Notes: generated from the sequence alone by a model not told the origin. A stretch of DNA of 64,000 nucleotides from Chiloscyllium plagiosum (GCF_004010195.1 NC_057718.1:94717350-94781349); one strand, 5' to 3'; positions 1 through 12,592 are shown, counted from the first letter of the stretch. Numbers and translations are program-made.

Positions 1-930
1 TGAGAACATTCTGCACCCTCTCTGAGACATCCTTGATCCTGGCACCAGGGAAACAACACACCATTCTGCTTTTTCTCTTCTGGCCACAGAAACGTCTGTC
101 TGTACCTCTGACTACAGAATCCCCTAACACAATTGATCTCTTGAAAGCCGACGTACCCCTCATTGCATTAGAGCCAGTCTCAATCCCAGAAACTTGGTTG
201 TTCGTGCTACATTCCCTTGAGAATCCACCACCCCATACATTTTCCAAAACAGCATACCTGTTTGAAATGGGTATATCCACAAAAGACTCCTGCCTAGGTG
301 CCGACCCCTCTCACCCTTCCTGGAGTTAACCCATCTATGTGACTGTATCTGAGACTCTCCCCCCTTTCCTATAACTGCCATCCATCACATACTGTTGCTG
401 TTGCAAATTCCTCATCGCTTCTATCTGTCTCTCCAACCGATCCACTCGATCTGATAAGATTCGCATCCAACAGCATTTATGGCAGATATAATCCGCAGTA
501 ACCCTTAAACTCTTTTTAAACTCCCACATCTGACAAGAAGTACATATCACTGCAAAGGCCATTTTTGCTCCTTCACAATCTACAGACCCAGAAAAAAACA
601 TCGTCTTATTCCTCTACAAAACACTGCACCAGATTAAATTAATAGCTATGGTTTATATTTTAAGTTTAATCAAGAGACGTTTCTCCAAAAAAAAAATCAA
701 GAAAGAATCCACTATACTCACTACTGCTGCCTTTATCTTGGACAGACTTAAAACAACGATTAACTTATCTGATTCTGTGCTGTGAACTTCGCCCAACAGT
801 TCCTCCAAGATTAGTTGTGAATTTCACTGTTTGTTAATTTTCCCAGATGCACTCCGATGTCCAGCGATACACGAGTTTAAACAGCAAAGGCGATAACTAT
901 GCAGGTTCTCTCTCTCTCTCCTGCTCTGTC
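1..930 (-). mobile_element. CR1 LINE 5' UTR and ORF1 (zinc finger/coiled coil plus SGNH esterase); runs off the left edge
   Basis: Minus ATG at 562 gives MAFAVICTSCQMWE..YICHKC..ILSDRVDRLERQIEAM (CxxC..CxxC plus coiled coil). After a frameshift near the C-run at ~360, bases 160-1 translate to RSIVLGDSVVRGTDRRFCG..MVCCFPGARIKDVSERV, the GDS esterase block typical of CR1 ORF1. Confidence 0.85.
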
Positions 931-1029
931 CTATATTTGTTTATTGCAAAAGTATTGTATGGGGGAATTCCATGTGGATTTAAGAAGTAAACTGAACAAA
1001 CTGACATATATGGGCAAATAAAAACCGAA

Positions 1030-1132
1030 GGAAACAAAAACAGAAATTGCTAGAAAAACTCAGCAGGTCTGGCAGTATTGTGGAGAGGAATCAGAGTTAA
1101 CGTTTCAGGTTGCGTGACCGATCCTCAGAACT
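1030..1132 (-). mobile_element. PLE-derived element family 2, single arm with hammerhead-like core
   Basis: Matches the arms of the palindromes at 14021 and 18548; minus strand reads CTGAGGA-T-CGGTCACGCAACCT-GAAACGTT. Confidence 0.7.
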
Positions 1133-1489
1133 GGGTGTAAGCTGTCATGTCAACTCAATTTGATTTGTTAATTTGATTTTATGTAAAATAAAGTTCACCT
1201 TTAGCTTTAATAAATACTCACAAACTTGTGATGTAGTCCTTTTGGTTAAAACAAATGTTTGGATTTCTCGTAAATGCTAACAGTCCTAACAGAGTCATAA
1301 CAAATTACCTCCTTTTTTCAGTCCATGATTCATCTGAAGCTGGGACCAAACTGCACTTTTGTGCTGAACATTTTATGGATTATACTTGGGGGAAAAAAGA
1401 ATGGCAATTCCTAGTAGTCCCCTTTAACCAAATCTCTGATTGCAATGACTGCACCACTCAATGCCAAGCGGTGTAAATGACTGGTGTTT

Positions 1490-1745
1490 GATAGTGGCAT
1501 TGCTTTGTCTCTAAGTCTCAAATCCCACTCCAGAAATTTGAGCACATTGACCGAGGTCAACACTTCAATAAGGCAGTGCTGAGCCATCAGAGGATGGATT
1601 AGCTATAAAGCTGCTGCACTTAAATGATCGAAAATACCTCATGAAGCTAGATTCACTGCTACTGTTTACGAGACCTTGCTGCGTATTAGTTGGCAACTGT
1701 GTATTGTTGACATTTGAACAAGACTTACAGTGACAATGAAGTAAT
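1490..1745 (+). mobile_element. Old Deu-domain-type SINE fragment (SacSINE1/AmnSINE-like)
   Basis: aatcccactccagaaatttgagcac head region and a degraded gacttgctgcg..ttggc..acagtgac tail; a related tail lies at 56588-56728. Confidence 0.4.
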
Positions 1746-1918
1746 TTATGTTACCACAAAAGTATAAGTGTCAAATCCAGTCTCAATGTTATATTTCTAT
1801 TCAATTGTGAATCCATGTGTCTAAATTAGCTAATTGTACAATAGCACAAAGTGTTCTTCAAGTCAGCTACAAAGCTGCAAAACATTTTCATATCTATCTC
1901 ATTATATTGAACAAATAC

Positions 1919-2198
1919 TATGGAATGAGCTGCCAGAGGAAGTGGTGGAGGCTGGTACAATTACAACATTTAAAAAGCATCTGGGACAGTAAATGAATGA
2001 GAAGGGTTTGGAGGGATATGGGCCAAATGCTGGCAGGTGGGACTAGATTAATTTTGGGTATCTGGTCTAAATCCTTCCTATTCAAATACCCCTCCAAGTG
2101 CCTTTTAAATGGGACTAGGTTAAGTTAGGATATCTGGTTGGCATGAATGAGTTGGAACAAAGGGATTGTCTCCATGCTGTACATCTCTATGACTCTAT
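1919..2198 (+). mobile_element. CR1 LINE 3' end
   Basis: WNELPEEVVEAGTITTFK coding tail, 3' UTR and tctatgactctat terminal repeat. Confidence 0.85.
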
Positions 2199-2625
2199 GG
2201 CATGGGATGGTATATGGTATTGAGACTGACTGCATATAGGAAAGGATCTCGATCCGGGGCCATTGAGAGGGATTGTGGTGTGGGCATGTTTCCATCAGGA
2301 GCCGTTGCACATATATTTGAAAAGAAAATATTTCCAAGATGAAAGGAAATGAGTGAAATGGTGATAGTAGTTGGTAGCTCTTCCTTGGACCCTGCACATA
2401 GGCACAATGATCTCCTGATCTCACTGCTCATTGCAGGAGGAACACTTGGGCTTTGACTGGGATCAAGGCTGGAGTGTGCATTCAAGTTTGTAAGAAAACT
2501 CTCCAGAGACACTACAGGGGGATGAGAGATGGGAAGGGTGTGAGGGATTGGTGAGTGTTGAGCCAGAATCAGATGAGCTTGATGTACTAGGCCTGATATC
2601 CTTTTCCTCAGCCCCTCAGCACTGT

Positions 2626-2943
2626 GGGCAGCATGGTGGCACAGTGGCACAGTGGTTAGCACTGCTGCCTCACAGCGCCAGAGACCCGGGTTCAATTCCC
2701 GCCTCAGGCGACTGACTGAGTGGAGTTTGCACGTTCTCCCCATGTCTGCGTGGGTTTCCTTCGGGTGCTCCGGTTTCCTCCCACAGTCCAAAGATGTGCA
2801 GGTCAGGTGAATTGGCCGTGCTAAATTGCCAGTAGTGTTAGATAAGGGGTAAATGTTGGGGTATGGATGGGTTGCGCTTCGGCAGGTCGGTGTGGACTTG
2901 AAGAGCCTGTTTCCACACTGTAATGTAATCTAAAAATCTAATC
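2626..2943 (+). mobile_element. HE1-type V-SINE, full length
   Basis: tRNA-like head (tggcacagtgg A box, ggttcaattcc B box), V-domain gggtttcct..ggtgctccggtttcctcccac, tail gcctgtttccacactgt plus aatct repeats. Confidence 0.9.
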
Positions 2944-3199
2944 AAATGCAGTGCCACAACAAGGATTATGATTTGGATGCAGCCTTCCTCATATCCTTTT
3001 CCCTTCCGGGTGTTGCAAGGCCTGCAAAACCTGGTTGATGTTAATTGAGAGTGAAAAGCAGCCTCCTGAAATGCTGTTATTAATTAACCTGCCTCTTGAG
3101 TATGGCTTTCGCACATGTCATTTGACCTAACGCCCCCATCGCCTCCTCGCCCCCAACCCCTTCCATCACAACCATAACCAGGCAGGATCAAGACACTTT

Positions 3200-3415
3200 G
3201 GAGAAAGTGAGCACTGCAGATGTTGGAGATCAGAGTCGAAGAGTGTGGTGCTAAAAAAGCACAGCAGGTCAGGCAGCTTCCGAGGAGCAGGAAAATCAAC
3301 GTTTCGAGCAAAAGTCTCATTCCTGATGAAGGGCTTATGCTCAAAACGTCAATTCTCCTGCTCCTTGGACGCTGCCTGATGGGCTGTGCTTTTTTAGCAC
3401 CACACTCTTCGACTC
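3200..3415. mobile_element. Palindromic PLE-derived element family 1 with hammerhead core
   Basis: Left arm is the reverse complement of the right arm; CTGATGA at 3323; duplication tcaagaca(c/g)tttggag at 3188-3203 and 3414-3429. Confidence 0.85.
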
Positions 3416-4194
3416 AAGACAGTTTGGAGTCAGGTTTGAAATTTCTAAATCTTTGTCTTCTCACGCAACTAAAATCCATCATTTTCAGGGAGTTAAGAAC
3501 ACAACCAACTAAATCCAATGCCCTAATTTTGTTGCCAAAGACTTTGGTGGGAAAGTGGATTCATGTATACCCTATGTCGAAAGTTTTCTCAAATAGCATT
3601 CAAAAATTCATGCTCAATGCTGTTTCTATGTCAACATTGGACGATGGAGAGTATACAAACATTGTCAGTGAATTTGGTTGATAATTAATGATTCTCATAG
3701 TCTCTGTATTACATAAATGTTCGTTTTGTAATCAGTGATTGCAATTTCCAAATATAGCTTTCTCCTTGCATGGCTTGGTGTCAAACTTTGTTTGATAATA
3801 ATCACTCCATTGAGAGCGTTGGATATTTCACAAAATTAAAGGCCTGATTGTTGAATTTCTTGTTTATTGCGAAATCACAATGGCACAGAATTCCAATTTT
3901 GTCATAATTTCTGAGTATGTTGTTGGAAGAAGTGAAGCATCATTGGCTGAGATTTGGTTAACATTCCGCTGCTAGAGCTGGACAAACGAGAACTGAAGTA
4001 TCCATACAGCATATACAGAGGTACCATGATGAATAAGTTAAAAGATAGGTTCATAACTCATTGTTCAGAAAGCTAGCTTCTCCTGGGGTTAAGCATAAAA
4101 ACCCAGGTTCTGCTGCAGTAATAGTGGTGAAAATGTTAGTGCCCTCCATCATCACTTCACTGAAACTAATAGTCACTTGAGGACACTATACCCA

Positions 4195-4471
4195 GAATAG
4201 AATCCTTACAGTGCAGGAATTTGACCCATTAAGTCTGCACTTACTCTCAGAAGAGCATTTAATCCAGACCCCACCTCATATTTCCCATGGCTAATCCTAC
4301 TAGCATGCATATCCCTGAACACAATGGAGCAATTTAGCATGGCCAATCCACCTAACCTGCACACCTTTGGGCTGTGGGAGGAAACACACACAGATATGTT
4401 ATGGGTGTGCAAACTCCACACAGACAGTCACCCGAGGCAGGAATCAAACCCTTGTCCCTGGCTAACCACGG
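4195..4471 (-). mobile_element. HE1-related V-SINE, diverged
   Basis: Reverse complement of the V-domain and tail (aatttagcatggccaat, aaactccacacagacagtc). Confidence 0.8.
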
Positions 4472-4649
4472 ATCCACAGCGTTGCCCTAATATGCAGAAT
4501 CACATGGAACGCCATAAGTGAATCAATCCTGTACTATTGGGTTCACATACTGTTGAGATACCACAGATTTTATTCCCCACTAACAGTGTGAATTGATAAA
4601 AAGTTCCATTCCAGCACTGCTAGTCTAACTGTAAAAGATCATAGAGAAG

Positions 4650-4810
4650 TTCCCTCATTAGACAGATATAACTGGTAATGGTTTAACCTCAGGGTCACCA
4701 TGCCTCAGGCAAAGGAAGAACAGTCCTTCATTGTAACGTCAGCCAGTGCGAGAATTGAACCCATGCTGTTAGCATCACTCTGAATTGCAAACCAGGTAAC
4801 TGGGCTGATC
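4650..4810 (-). mobile_element. tRNA-derived SINE family C
   Basis: ggtttaacctcagggtcacca..gaattgaaccc is the reverse complement of the copies at 9063 and 16864. Confidence 0.65.
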
Positions 4811-5134
4811 AACCCTTATAACATAAGAGCTCTTGCAAAAAATAAACACCATCAAATGAAGAGTAATTGAATTTTTAATCTTACCAATTACTCTTAAACA
4901 CCCGGCTCTGAAACTGCATACTAGTGAACTGCCAAATTTCCACAAAGTTGAATGAAAATAAGTGCGCACCTACAAAGCCTTAATTGTTTGTTCATTTTAA
5001 CTTCTATGTCAATCCAATCAAACTAACATTTTCACTACCTGAAGATTTAAACTAAAACTGAAAAGTATTAACTGCTCTGAATTTCCTGGACTGTGGTGCA
5101 CACCAACATATCCCCTGGCCTTGGCTCTGGGTTT

Positions 5135-5480
5135 GGGTGGCACTGTGGTTCAGTGGTTAGCACTGCTGCCCTGCAGTGCCAGGGACCCAGGCTTCCATTC
5201 CATCCTTGGGCGACTGTCTGTGTGGAATTTGTATATTATCCCTGTGTCTGCGCAGGTTTCCTCTGGGTACCCTGCTTTCCTCCTACAGTCCAAAGATGTG
5301 CAAGGTGGATTGGCCATGCCAAATTGCCCATAATGAGCAGGATAGATGGGTTAGCAGTGGGAAATTCAGGGTTACAGGGATAGGATAGAGAGGGGGGTCT
5401 GGATGGAATGCTCCTTGGGGGGATTGGTGTGGACTGGATGGGCCAAATGGACTGCATCCATACTGTAAGGATTCTATGAT
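5135..5480 (+). mobile_element. HE1-related V-SINE
   Basis: tRNA head, V-domain and ggattctatga tail. Confidence 0.85.
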
Positions 5481-6156
5481 TTAAACTGCTGGCAAGAAAA
5501 GGGCAGAGCCAAGGTATTAAGATTGTTAAGTTTTGGGGGGTAAAATCTGGACTAAAAGGAAATAAACGCACTTTAATAATGACAGCTCTTAAACTGTCTA
5601 CTTGTTCTTAAACACTTCTGACACAAAATTGCACGAAAGCTGTGAAAGAGAGTGATGACCAAGTGTTAATTCTGACAGGCTTCAGATTCCGCCTCAATCT
5701 TGCACATATATCTATGATACTGGGATTTCTGATAGCACTCATTGGCACTTTTCCATTGACAGGGTTTGTCAACAGTTACCATCACAGTGATGGAAGTTAA
5801 CTCCATTTGTGAAATATCAATAAACTGTCACATTAAGTTCATGAACTCCACAACACAAAGCATATCCAATGAGCATTTAAAGTGTCACTAGCAAACCAAT
5901 GCCCAGGCTGGCCAATTATTTAAATTTTCTCCTTAGGTTTCATGAGGCTTAACCAAATTCTAATATTAAATCATTTCTTATCAAGGCAAATTGCCGGTCT
6001 ATTCAGGAAATATTGCATCTGATGTAAGTTCTGATGGGTTTTAGACTTCAACTCTCTTATTGCTCATGACATAAATGTATATATAAATCAAGCATGTTTA
6101 GTTTTAAAGGAGATATTCTTTGGATTGAAGCACTGGAAATTATTTGGATAGAATTA

Positions 6157-6609
6157 CCGTATATACTCAAGTAACAGTCAAAATTGTTTTGACTACTTTT
6201 TGAAGTTAGATTTCTGGGGTTGATTATTACATGGATACTACTTTTGAGGGGCTGAAATTCATGCCTGTCAAAATTCAAACCGCATTGTTAGCAGAAGCCC
6301 AACTGATCTCGAAACGAGGATCTCGAAACTAGTAAAGAGAAAGAAATAAGTTATGGTAATTCTGAAAACCTAGAGTGGAACGCAACAGCCAATGGACTGG
6401 AAGACCAGGAGCAGTGTGGAACAACCGGCAGACTGGACAGCTAGAGCAGGACATGACGGCCGGCACACTGACTCATAAACATTGATCTGTTATCTGTGAA
6501 GAACTAGGCTTGACTTTTACACAAGATATATGGAAAACCCCAGGCTACTTTGGGCAAAAATAGGGGGCCAACTTTTACATGAGATCAACTATTGCTCGAG
6601 TATATACAG
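6157..6609. mobile_element. Non-autonomous Tc1/mariner-superfamily (pogo/Tc2-like) MITE
   Basis: Left TIR ccgtatatactcaagtaacagtcaa versus reverse-complemented right TIR ctgtatatactcgagcaatagttga; TA on both flanks (6155-6156, 6610-6611). Confidence 0.8.
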
Positions 6610-6661
6610 TATAATGAAAGGGTATGGGAAGAAAGCAAGAGGTTGGCACTAGGTAATGATG

Positions 6662-6786
6662 GAGGAGAAAGTGAGGTCTGCAGATGCTGGAGATCAGAGC
6701 TGAAAATGTGTTGCTGGAAAAGCGCAGCAGGTCAGGCAGCATCCAGGCAACAGGAGAATCGACGTTTCGGGCATAAGCCCTTCTTG
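6662..6786 (-). mobile_element. PLE-derived family 1, single arm
   Basis: ggagaaagtgagg..gacgtttcgggcataagcccttc matches the left arm of the element at 3200. Confidence 0.8.
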
Positions 6787-6867
6787 ATGCTCATTTGATT
6801 ACCCGATACAGTCATTATGGACTGAAAAGCTTCCTTCTACACTGATTCTGTGACAATGCAGAAAGCA

Positions 6868-7405
6868 TATAGTCCTACAGCACAGAAGCAGACCCTTTGG
6901 TCCAACTTGTCCATGCTGACCAGACATATCAATCTGAGTTGGTCGCATTTGCCAACACTTGACTCATATTCCTCTTAACCCTTCCGATTCACATGCCCAT
7001 CCAGATGCCTTTTAAACGATATAATTGTACCAGCCTCCACCATTTCCTCTAGCAGCTCCTTCCATACACGCACCACCTTCTGCGTGAAAAAGTTACCCCT
7101 CAGGTTTTTCACTAAATCTTTCCCCCTCACCTTAAACCTATGCCCTCGAGATTTGGACACCCCACCCCAGGAAAAAGACCTTGGCTATTCACCCTATCTA
7201 TGTCCCTCATCATCATTTGATAAACTTCAATAAGGTCACCGCAGCAGCCTTTGATGCTCCAGGGTCAAAAAACCCCAGCCTATTCAGTCTTGCCCTTTAG
7301 CTCATCTTCAGTCCTGGCAACATCCTCATAACACTTTTCTGCACCCTCTCAAGTTCAAGAACATTCTTCCTATAGAATAGCGACCAGAATTGTATGCAAT
7401 GTCCT
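6868..7405 (-). mobile_element. CR1 LINE 3' fragment
   Basis: SRGHRFKVRGKD..RGNFFTQKVVRVWKEL (ORF 6975-7160) plus 3' UTR. Confidence 0.85.
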
Positions 7406-9062
7406 ATTTGTGCTTGTATGCAGTATATTTTGAAGAGACATGCTCATCATACAATCATCGTAACACGTGGCTTGAGGGTGTCAAGGTCATAGTTTTCAGT
7501 TTCACTGAGGCCACTTGAAGCGTGAGATGCTGCTGGAAGCATAAGGCTGTTTGTATTTGAATAGTGTAATTTGAAGCCGACACTCTGTGTCTGCAGTTCT
7601 AATGCTTGTGAAGCTGGAATAAACATTCTGGTGGATTCTTCAGTATCACATTACCCGTGTCCTACTTTCTTATGACATGAGGGATTTATTTCCCATCCCT
7701 GACCATTGCTTCGCTCATTTGGATGGATGGCTGGTTTGCAATGTAGACTGATGCCAACAGGGCTGACATTACTACATTTCTCACCTGAGATGTGGACACC
7801 CTCAGTTTAAACTCACCACTGGTTGTCGTTCTCTCTAATGAGGGAAGGGTCCTATGCTCCTCTGGTGATTTTATTTGCTGATTGCCCCTTGCTCCTTGAG
7901 AGGGTAGTAGGGAGCTGTCTTTTTGAACGACTTGGTATAGGACTGCAAATAGTGATATTGGAGAGGGAGCTTCAGCCTGTATTCCGTGCAGGCAAACTGC
8001 ATCTCACTCACCAGTTAAACATTGTACAGGCAAGTGAGGGAAGCACTCAGTAGAGTTTAATTGCTTTGGCTGCTTCAGATAGTGGGAAATATATCTTAAA
8101 TAAGTTGATTTTTTTTTAAGTTAAGCATGTCTTGCAGCATTCTTAGAAACCTGGCTTAAAAAAGTGCTCATAAAAGCATCTTTACTTCCCTTGGGGGAAT
8201 CATATCAAGAAGCCTCCATCATTCCCTCACGGAGATGAGCAACACAACCGTTGCAGGAAATCACCCATTTCTCCATCATCCCCTGCTTGGTTTACGACAG
8301 TGTGAGGATTCTTACAGTGCTCAGCCTCCAAGGGGTGACACTCACTTAGTGAGTCAGCCAGTACCTCCCCACTCCAGCCCCGTCTAGACATTCTGGCTGC
8401 ATCGGATTACTTTCCTCTCTTTGTCTCGTTTCATCCTCAGGGTGTCTCAAGTCAGACGCTGAAGAAGTTCAATCGAAGTTTAATCTAAGGATTTGCTTAT
8501 CATCAGCAGTTGACAATGTTTACTTGGAAAGTACTGCCCTAGAACTAGCCCTGCAATGAGGGAAGACAATGAAGGGCATTAGCGTCTATGGCAAATACAC
8601 TTCCTGAGTTGGCCAACCCTGCTGGTGCAGTTCAAAGCCAACAGCCATGAGGACAGACATCAACCTTGAGATACAGCCTCCACTGATGCCAAGGGAAAAG
8701 GGATGGCATGTCATTAATTCTTGCATTTGCCTGTTTTCTATGACTAGACATGAGGGCCTAAAGTTTAATGGAGAAAGGAGGGCATCCATATGACATAGAT
8801 AATGGGCATGAAAATCTGCATTTCATTGTGTTTTTAAGCTTCATGCTGTTCTCAGGCCAGTGTTGAGGGGGGTGGATATCTAAAATGTCAACCCAGCAGT
8901 GGCTAAATCACATTCAGCCTCGCTAAAGGAATATTTCCTCTTAGTTTTCTCAGTAGAGGGTCAAAAATACAAGCAGTACACGGGAACTTAGAATTTCAGC
9001 AACGTTGCTGTATTTTATAAAACCTATGATTTAATGTAGCTAATTGGATTCTGGCTAGAGAA

Positions 9063-9235
9063 AGGGGTTTGGTTCGCTCAGTTGGTTGGATAGCCAAGTT
9101 TGTTATGGCAGACTGATGCCAGCAGTGTGGGTTCAACTCCTGCTCTCAACCTTACCCCTTGCCTGAGGCATGGTGACTCTCAGGTTAAACCACCAGCAGT
9201 CATCTCTCTCTAATGAGAATGTAGTCTGGCAAAAC
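9063..9235 (+). mobile_element. tRNA-derived SINE family C
   Basis: gctcagttgg A box, ggttcaactcc B box, then gtgactctcaggttaaaccaccag; other copies at ~7713-7870 and 16864-17085, and on the minus strand at 32635-32805 and 52510-52572. Confidence 0.7.
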
Positions 9236-9609
9236 AGTGAGGAATTCGCCTTTATACACAGTTATAAAGAGATGGCATACAATTCTACTAAAGATAACTC
9301 TAAAACCCCTTGTAAACACCGCTTGTCTTCTACAGACAGGAAAATATAAATGGGAGACAAATATGGGTGGAGTGAAAGCTAAAAAAATGTCCTGTAGTAT
9401 TTGGATCAGCAAGAACTAACCCAACAGATCTCACGAACAAAGTTTCCCCTCAAGCTCCCTATTTCTGAATGTTCCCACTAGTTTGTGGGAGGCACAGGGT
9501 GGCTGACTCACTTACAAACAATTTCTGACTTACCTATTCAGAGTCACAACTTACAGCATCTGCTGAGGGAAGATACATGGGCCTTTCTTTATGTTTAAAG
9601 TGGCTTACC

Positions 9610-10191
9610 TGTGACAATGCTGCTCCTTTAACAAGATTATGTTGTCCTTGGCTTTTTGTTTTCAGACGGGTCGTAAACGCAGAGGTTCTGCTACGTCTGG
9701 GTTTATCTACTTGAAGAAGTTAAAAAAAACCACTTATACAAAGAAAGGGGAGTGGCCAGCTCAGCTTCTCTCTGGTTTGTTTTGGTTTTAGCAGTCTGGC
9801 TCTTCAGGGCTGCTGGTCAACTTAAGCTGTGGAATTGAAATAAACAGCTACAATGGAAAAAGGTCCCATGCTAAATCTCTAACATCTCTCCTGTAAGAAC
9901 CTGTGTTTGATTTTATCTTCTTCTTGACAACAGGGTTATGTTGCAAGTATTTGGAAGAGCATCATTAAGGTGCAGTAGCGTTGACTGGGTTTTCAGATAA
10001 ATAATGTTAATCTATATTCTGCTCTCCTTTGTTTGTGTGTAAATAAATTCTGTTTTGTTTAAAACTGAATGGTTGGACCTTCTGTATCCCTCCTGGAATA
10101 TCCACTCTACACCTGCTTAAAGCAACAGGAAACATTAGGGTCTGGATTACCTTTTTGAAATGTTTTGAGGGATGTGGCCTGGTCCATAACA
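9610..10191 (+). mobile_element. Probable solo LTR (Gypsy-like)
   Basis: Begins TGT and ends ACA; AATAAA near 10042; flanks tacc/tact resemble a 4-bp TSD with one mismatch. Confidence 0.55.
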
Positions 10192-10935
10192 TACTGCAGA
10201 GAACTGCATGAGAGACAGAGAGACTTTTTGCCTTCTACAGACCAGCTGGCTTCTCTTCTGGTCTGAACCCACACTGTTCAATTATCTGATGATCAATCAC
10301 ATAGTCATTGGCATGCAGAGGACTTTTGTCATTGGTAATTGATCCCTAGTCCACACCAATCAGTTTCAGTTGTGAACAACCACTCAACTCCAGTTCATCT
10401 GCATAATACTGGTACCCACAGTCACACAAATAGGATTTACAATGGGTGTCAGATTCCTTCCTTTCAAATCATGCAACCAAGTTACAAAACAGTTATATCT
10501 CATCTCTCAGTTTTAAAAGGTACAAAAATAAATAGATATACTCCTTACATTGGGAGGTGCTGGGGGATTGCTGTTCAATGGTTTGGAGAGCTGGTGTGGA
10601 CCAGATTGGTATCAACATGAAGTTTGACCCCTGTTCTGGCTGATAGGTTTCAGGACCAAAACAAGACCCGCTTGATCTTTGATAAACACAGCAAAGCTGC
10701 AAGTGGAACCTATTCTCGGGTAGAGAATTGAAAGAGATGATGTAAACACTGAACATCAACTTACAATGGCTTGTTACTTGGTGAATAGAGCAGTACATGT
10801 CATCCTTTGTCTTGTTTGTTTACCTATCACTGATAAAACATTATTAATAAGAAGATGGTACATTATTATATATGGGCCACGTGAGAATTCAGTCATATTT
10901 TATGGATCAGTGCATTAAAATGGTAATTGTTTCAG

Positions 10936-11170
10936 TTAGAGTCACAGAAGTCAGCAGAATGGAAACAGGCCCTTCAGCCCAACTTGTTCATGCCTCCCAG
11001 TTTTCACAATTAATCTAATCCCATTTGCCTATGTTTGCTCCATATCCCTCCACACCCATCCCATCCATATACCTGTCCAAATATTTGTTAAATAACGATA
11101 TTGTACACGTCTCCACCACTACCTCTGCCAGCCCAAAGGTAGTGATGGAAGCGAATACAATTCAATATTT
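10936..11170 (-). mobile_element. CR1 LINE 3' fragment with short inverted piece
   Basis: gagtca..ggaaacaggcccttc tail on the minus strand; 11135-11170 is the same region on the plus strand. Confidence 0.7.
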
Positions 11171-11187
11171 AAAATTAATTGCAAATG

Positions 11188-11405
11188 CAGGCAGTCGCCG
11201 TGTAGTGAACAAGCTCCACTCTGGTGTCCATTAGCAAGTTGATTTGTACACAAATCAGAGTCCAGTGGAGAACAATGGAAAGGAGCTGTTTGTAAGCACA
11301 GGAAATGTTCATATGTTAGCTCTATAAAGTTACACCCCGGTCTGGGATCACATTTGTATGTATGAGCATTCGTAAGTCGGACATGGAGAAATTGGAGACA
11401 CCCTG
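11188..11405. mobile_element. Degraded Tigger/pogo-like MITE
   Basis: Ends caggcagtcgcc and gtaagtcgga..ggagacaccctg; internal sequence shared with 59125-59260. Confidence 0.5.
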
Positions 11406-11720
11406 CACTAAAAATATCTGGGTAAATTAGATGGACTAAATATAATTAACTGCATCTGATTTAAATGGCATTGTAACGTTACTAATGAAAATACTTACTG
11501 GAACGATATCAAGACCTGCTTGATCCTCTTACTCAAAAATATCAAGAGGATTTTGAAAGTTTGGGAATTGGCTGCCAGTCAAAATTGTATTTTCTTAATT
11601 AGCAGAATTGTATGATACAGTATGGAATGTTTCTAAAAATATGTAACAGAATGATGTATCCCTGTTATAATGTAACCAGTCTTAGCTCAGTGCAGTTCTT
11701 CTTTCTGTAAGCTACCTTCA

Positions 11721-12052
11721 TCATAGAATCTCTACAGTGTGGAAGGAGGCCATTCGGCCCATCGAGTCAACACTGCCCCTCTGGAGAGCATCCCATCCAT
11801 ATCCACCCCTCCTATCCTATTCCTGTAACCCTGCATTTCCCATGGCTAATCCACTTAACCTACACACCCCTGGACACTATGGGTAATTTAGCATGGCCAA
11901 TCCACCCTACCTGGACTGTGGGAGGAAACTGGAGTAAACCCACACAGACTGGGGGAGAATGTGCAAACTCCACACAGACAGTCACCTGAGAATGGAATTG
12001 AATCTAAGGCCCTGGTGATGTGAGGCAGCAGTGCTAACCACTGAGCCACTGT
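11721..12052 (-). mobile_element. HE1-related V-SINE, full length
   Basis: Reverse-complemented head (gcagcagtgctaaccactgagccac), V-domain and tail. Confidence 0.85.
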
Positions 12053-12329
12053 GACCTCTTTGCAGGATTTCTGTACTGGGCACCACCAGGTAAGTCCTCC
12101 TCCAATCTACACACCATGGGTGTACCCAGTCCCCATAGACTGCACTGGGTGTACCTAGTCCGCATGGACTGCAACAATCCAAGAAGACAGCTCACCACCA
12201 CCTTCTCAAGGGATACGAGGGAGAGACAATAAATATTGGCCCAACCAGCAAAGTCCATGTCTCTTGAAGGAATAGAGAAAAATAGGCACGTAGAAAAAGT
12301 ACAATAGGAGAAGGATACTAACACTCCCC

Positions 12330-12592
12330 TTTTGAGACAGAAATGAAGAGGAATTTCTTCTCATGTGGGGTAATGAATCTGTAACAACTCTTTATCGCAG
12401 AGGGCTGCACATTCTAGGTCATTAATTATACTCAAAGCTGAGACAGACAGATCTTTAATCAGTAAGGGAGTCAAGGGTAATGGAGAAAAGATAGATTTCC
12501 GGATTATCAGATCAGCCATGTCTCATTGAATAGCAGAGCAGACTCAATGGGCTGAATGGCTTGCTTCTGTTCCTACGTCTAATGGTCATATG
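12330..12592 (+). mobile_element. CR1 LINE 3' fragment
   Basis: gacagaaatgaagaggaatttcttctc.. and gggctgaatggc tail. Confidence 0.75.

Noticed and set aside
2626..2705. tRNA gene
   Set aside because: The A and B boxes belong to a SINE head that continues into the V-domain.
2195..2791. 198-aa ORF and similar ORFs over SINEs (53846-54037, 5093-5383)
   Set aside because: Read-through of HE1 SINE sequence, a common annotation artefact.
3220..3681. Recurrent peptide DEGLMPETSILLLLGCCLTCCAF
   Set aside because: Translation of the non-coding hammerhead-containing PLE arm, not a protein family.
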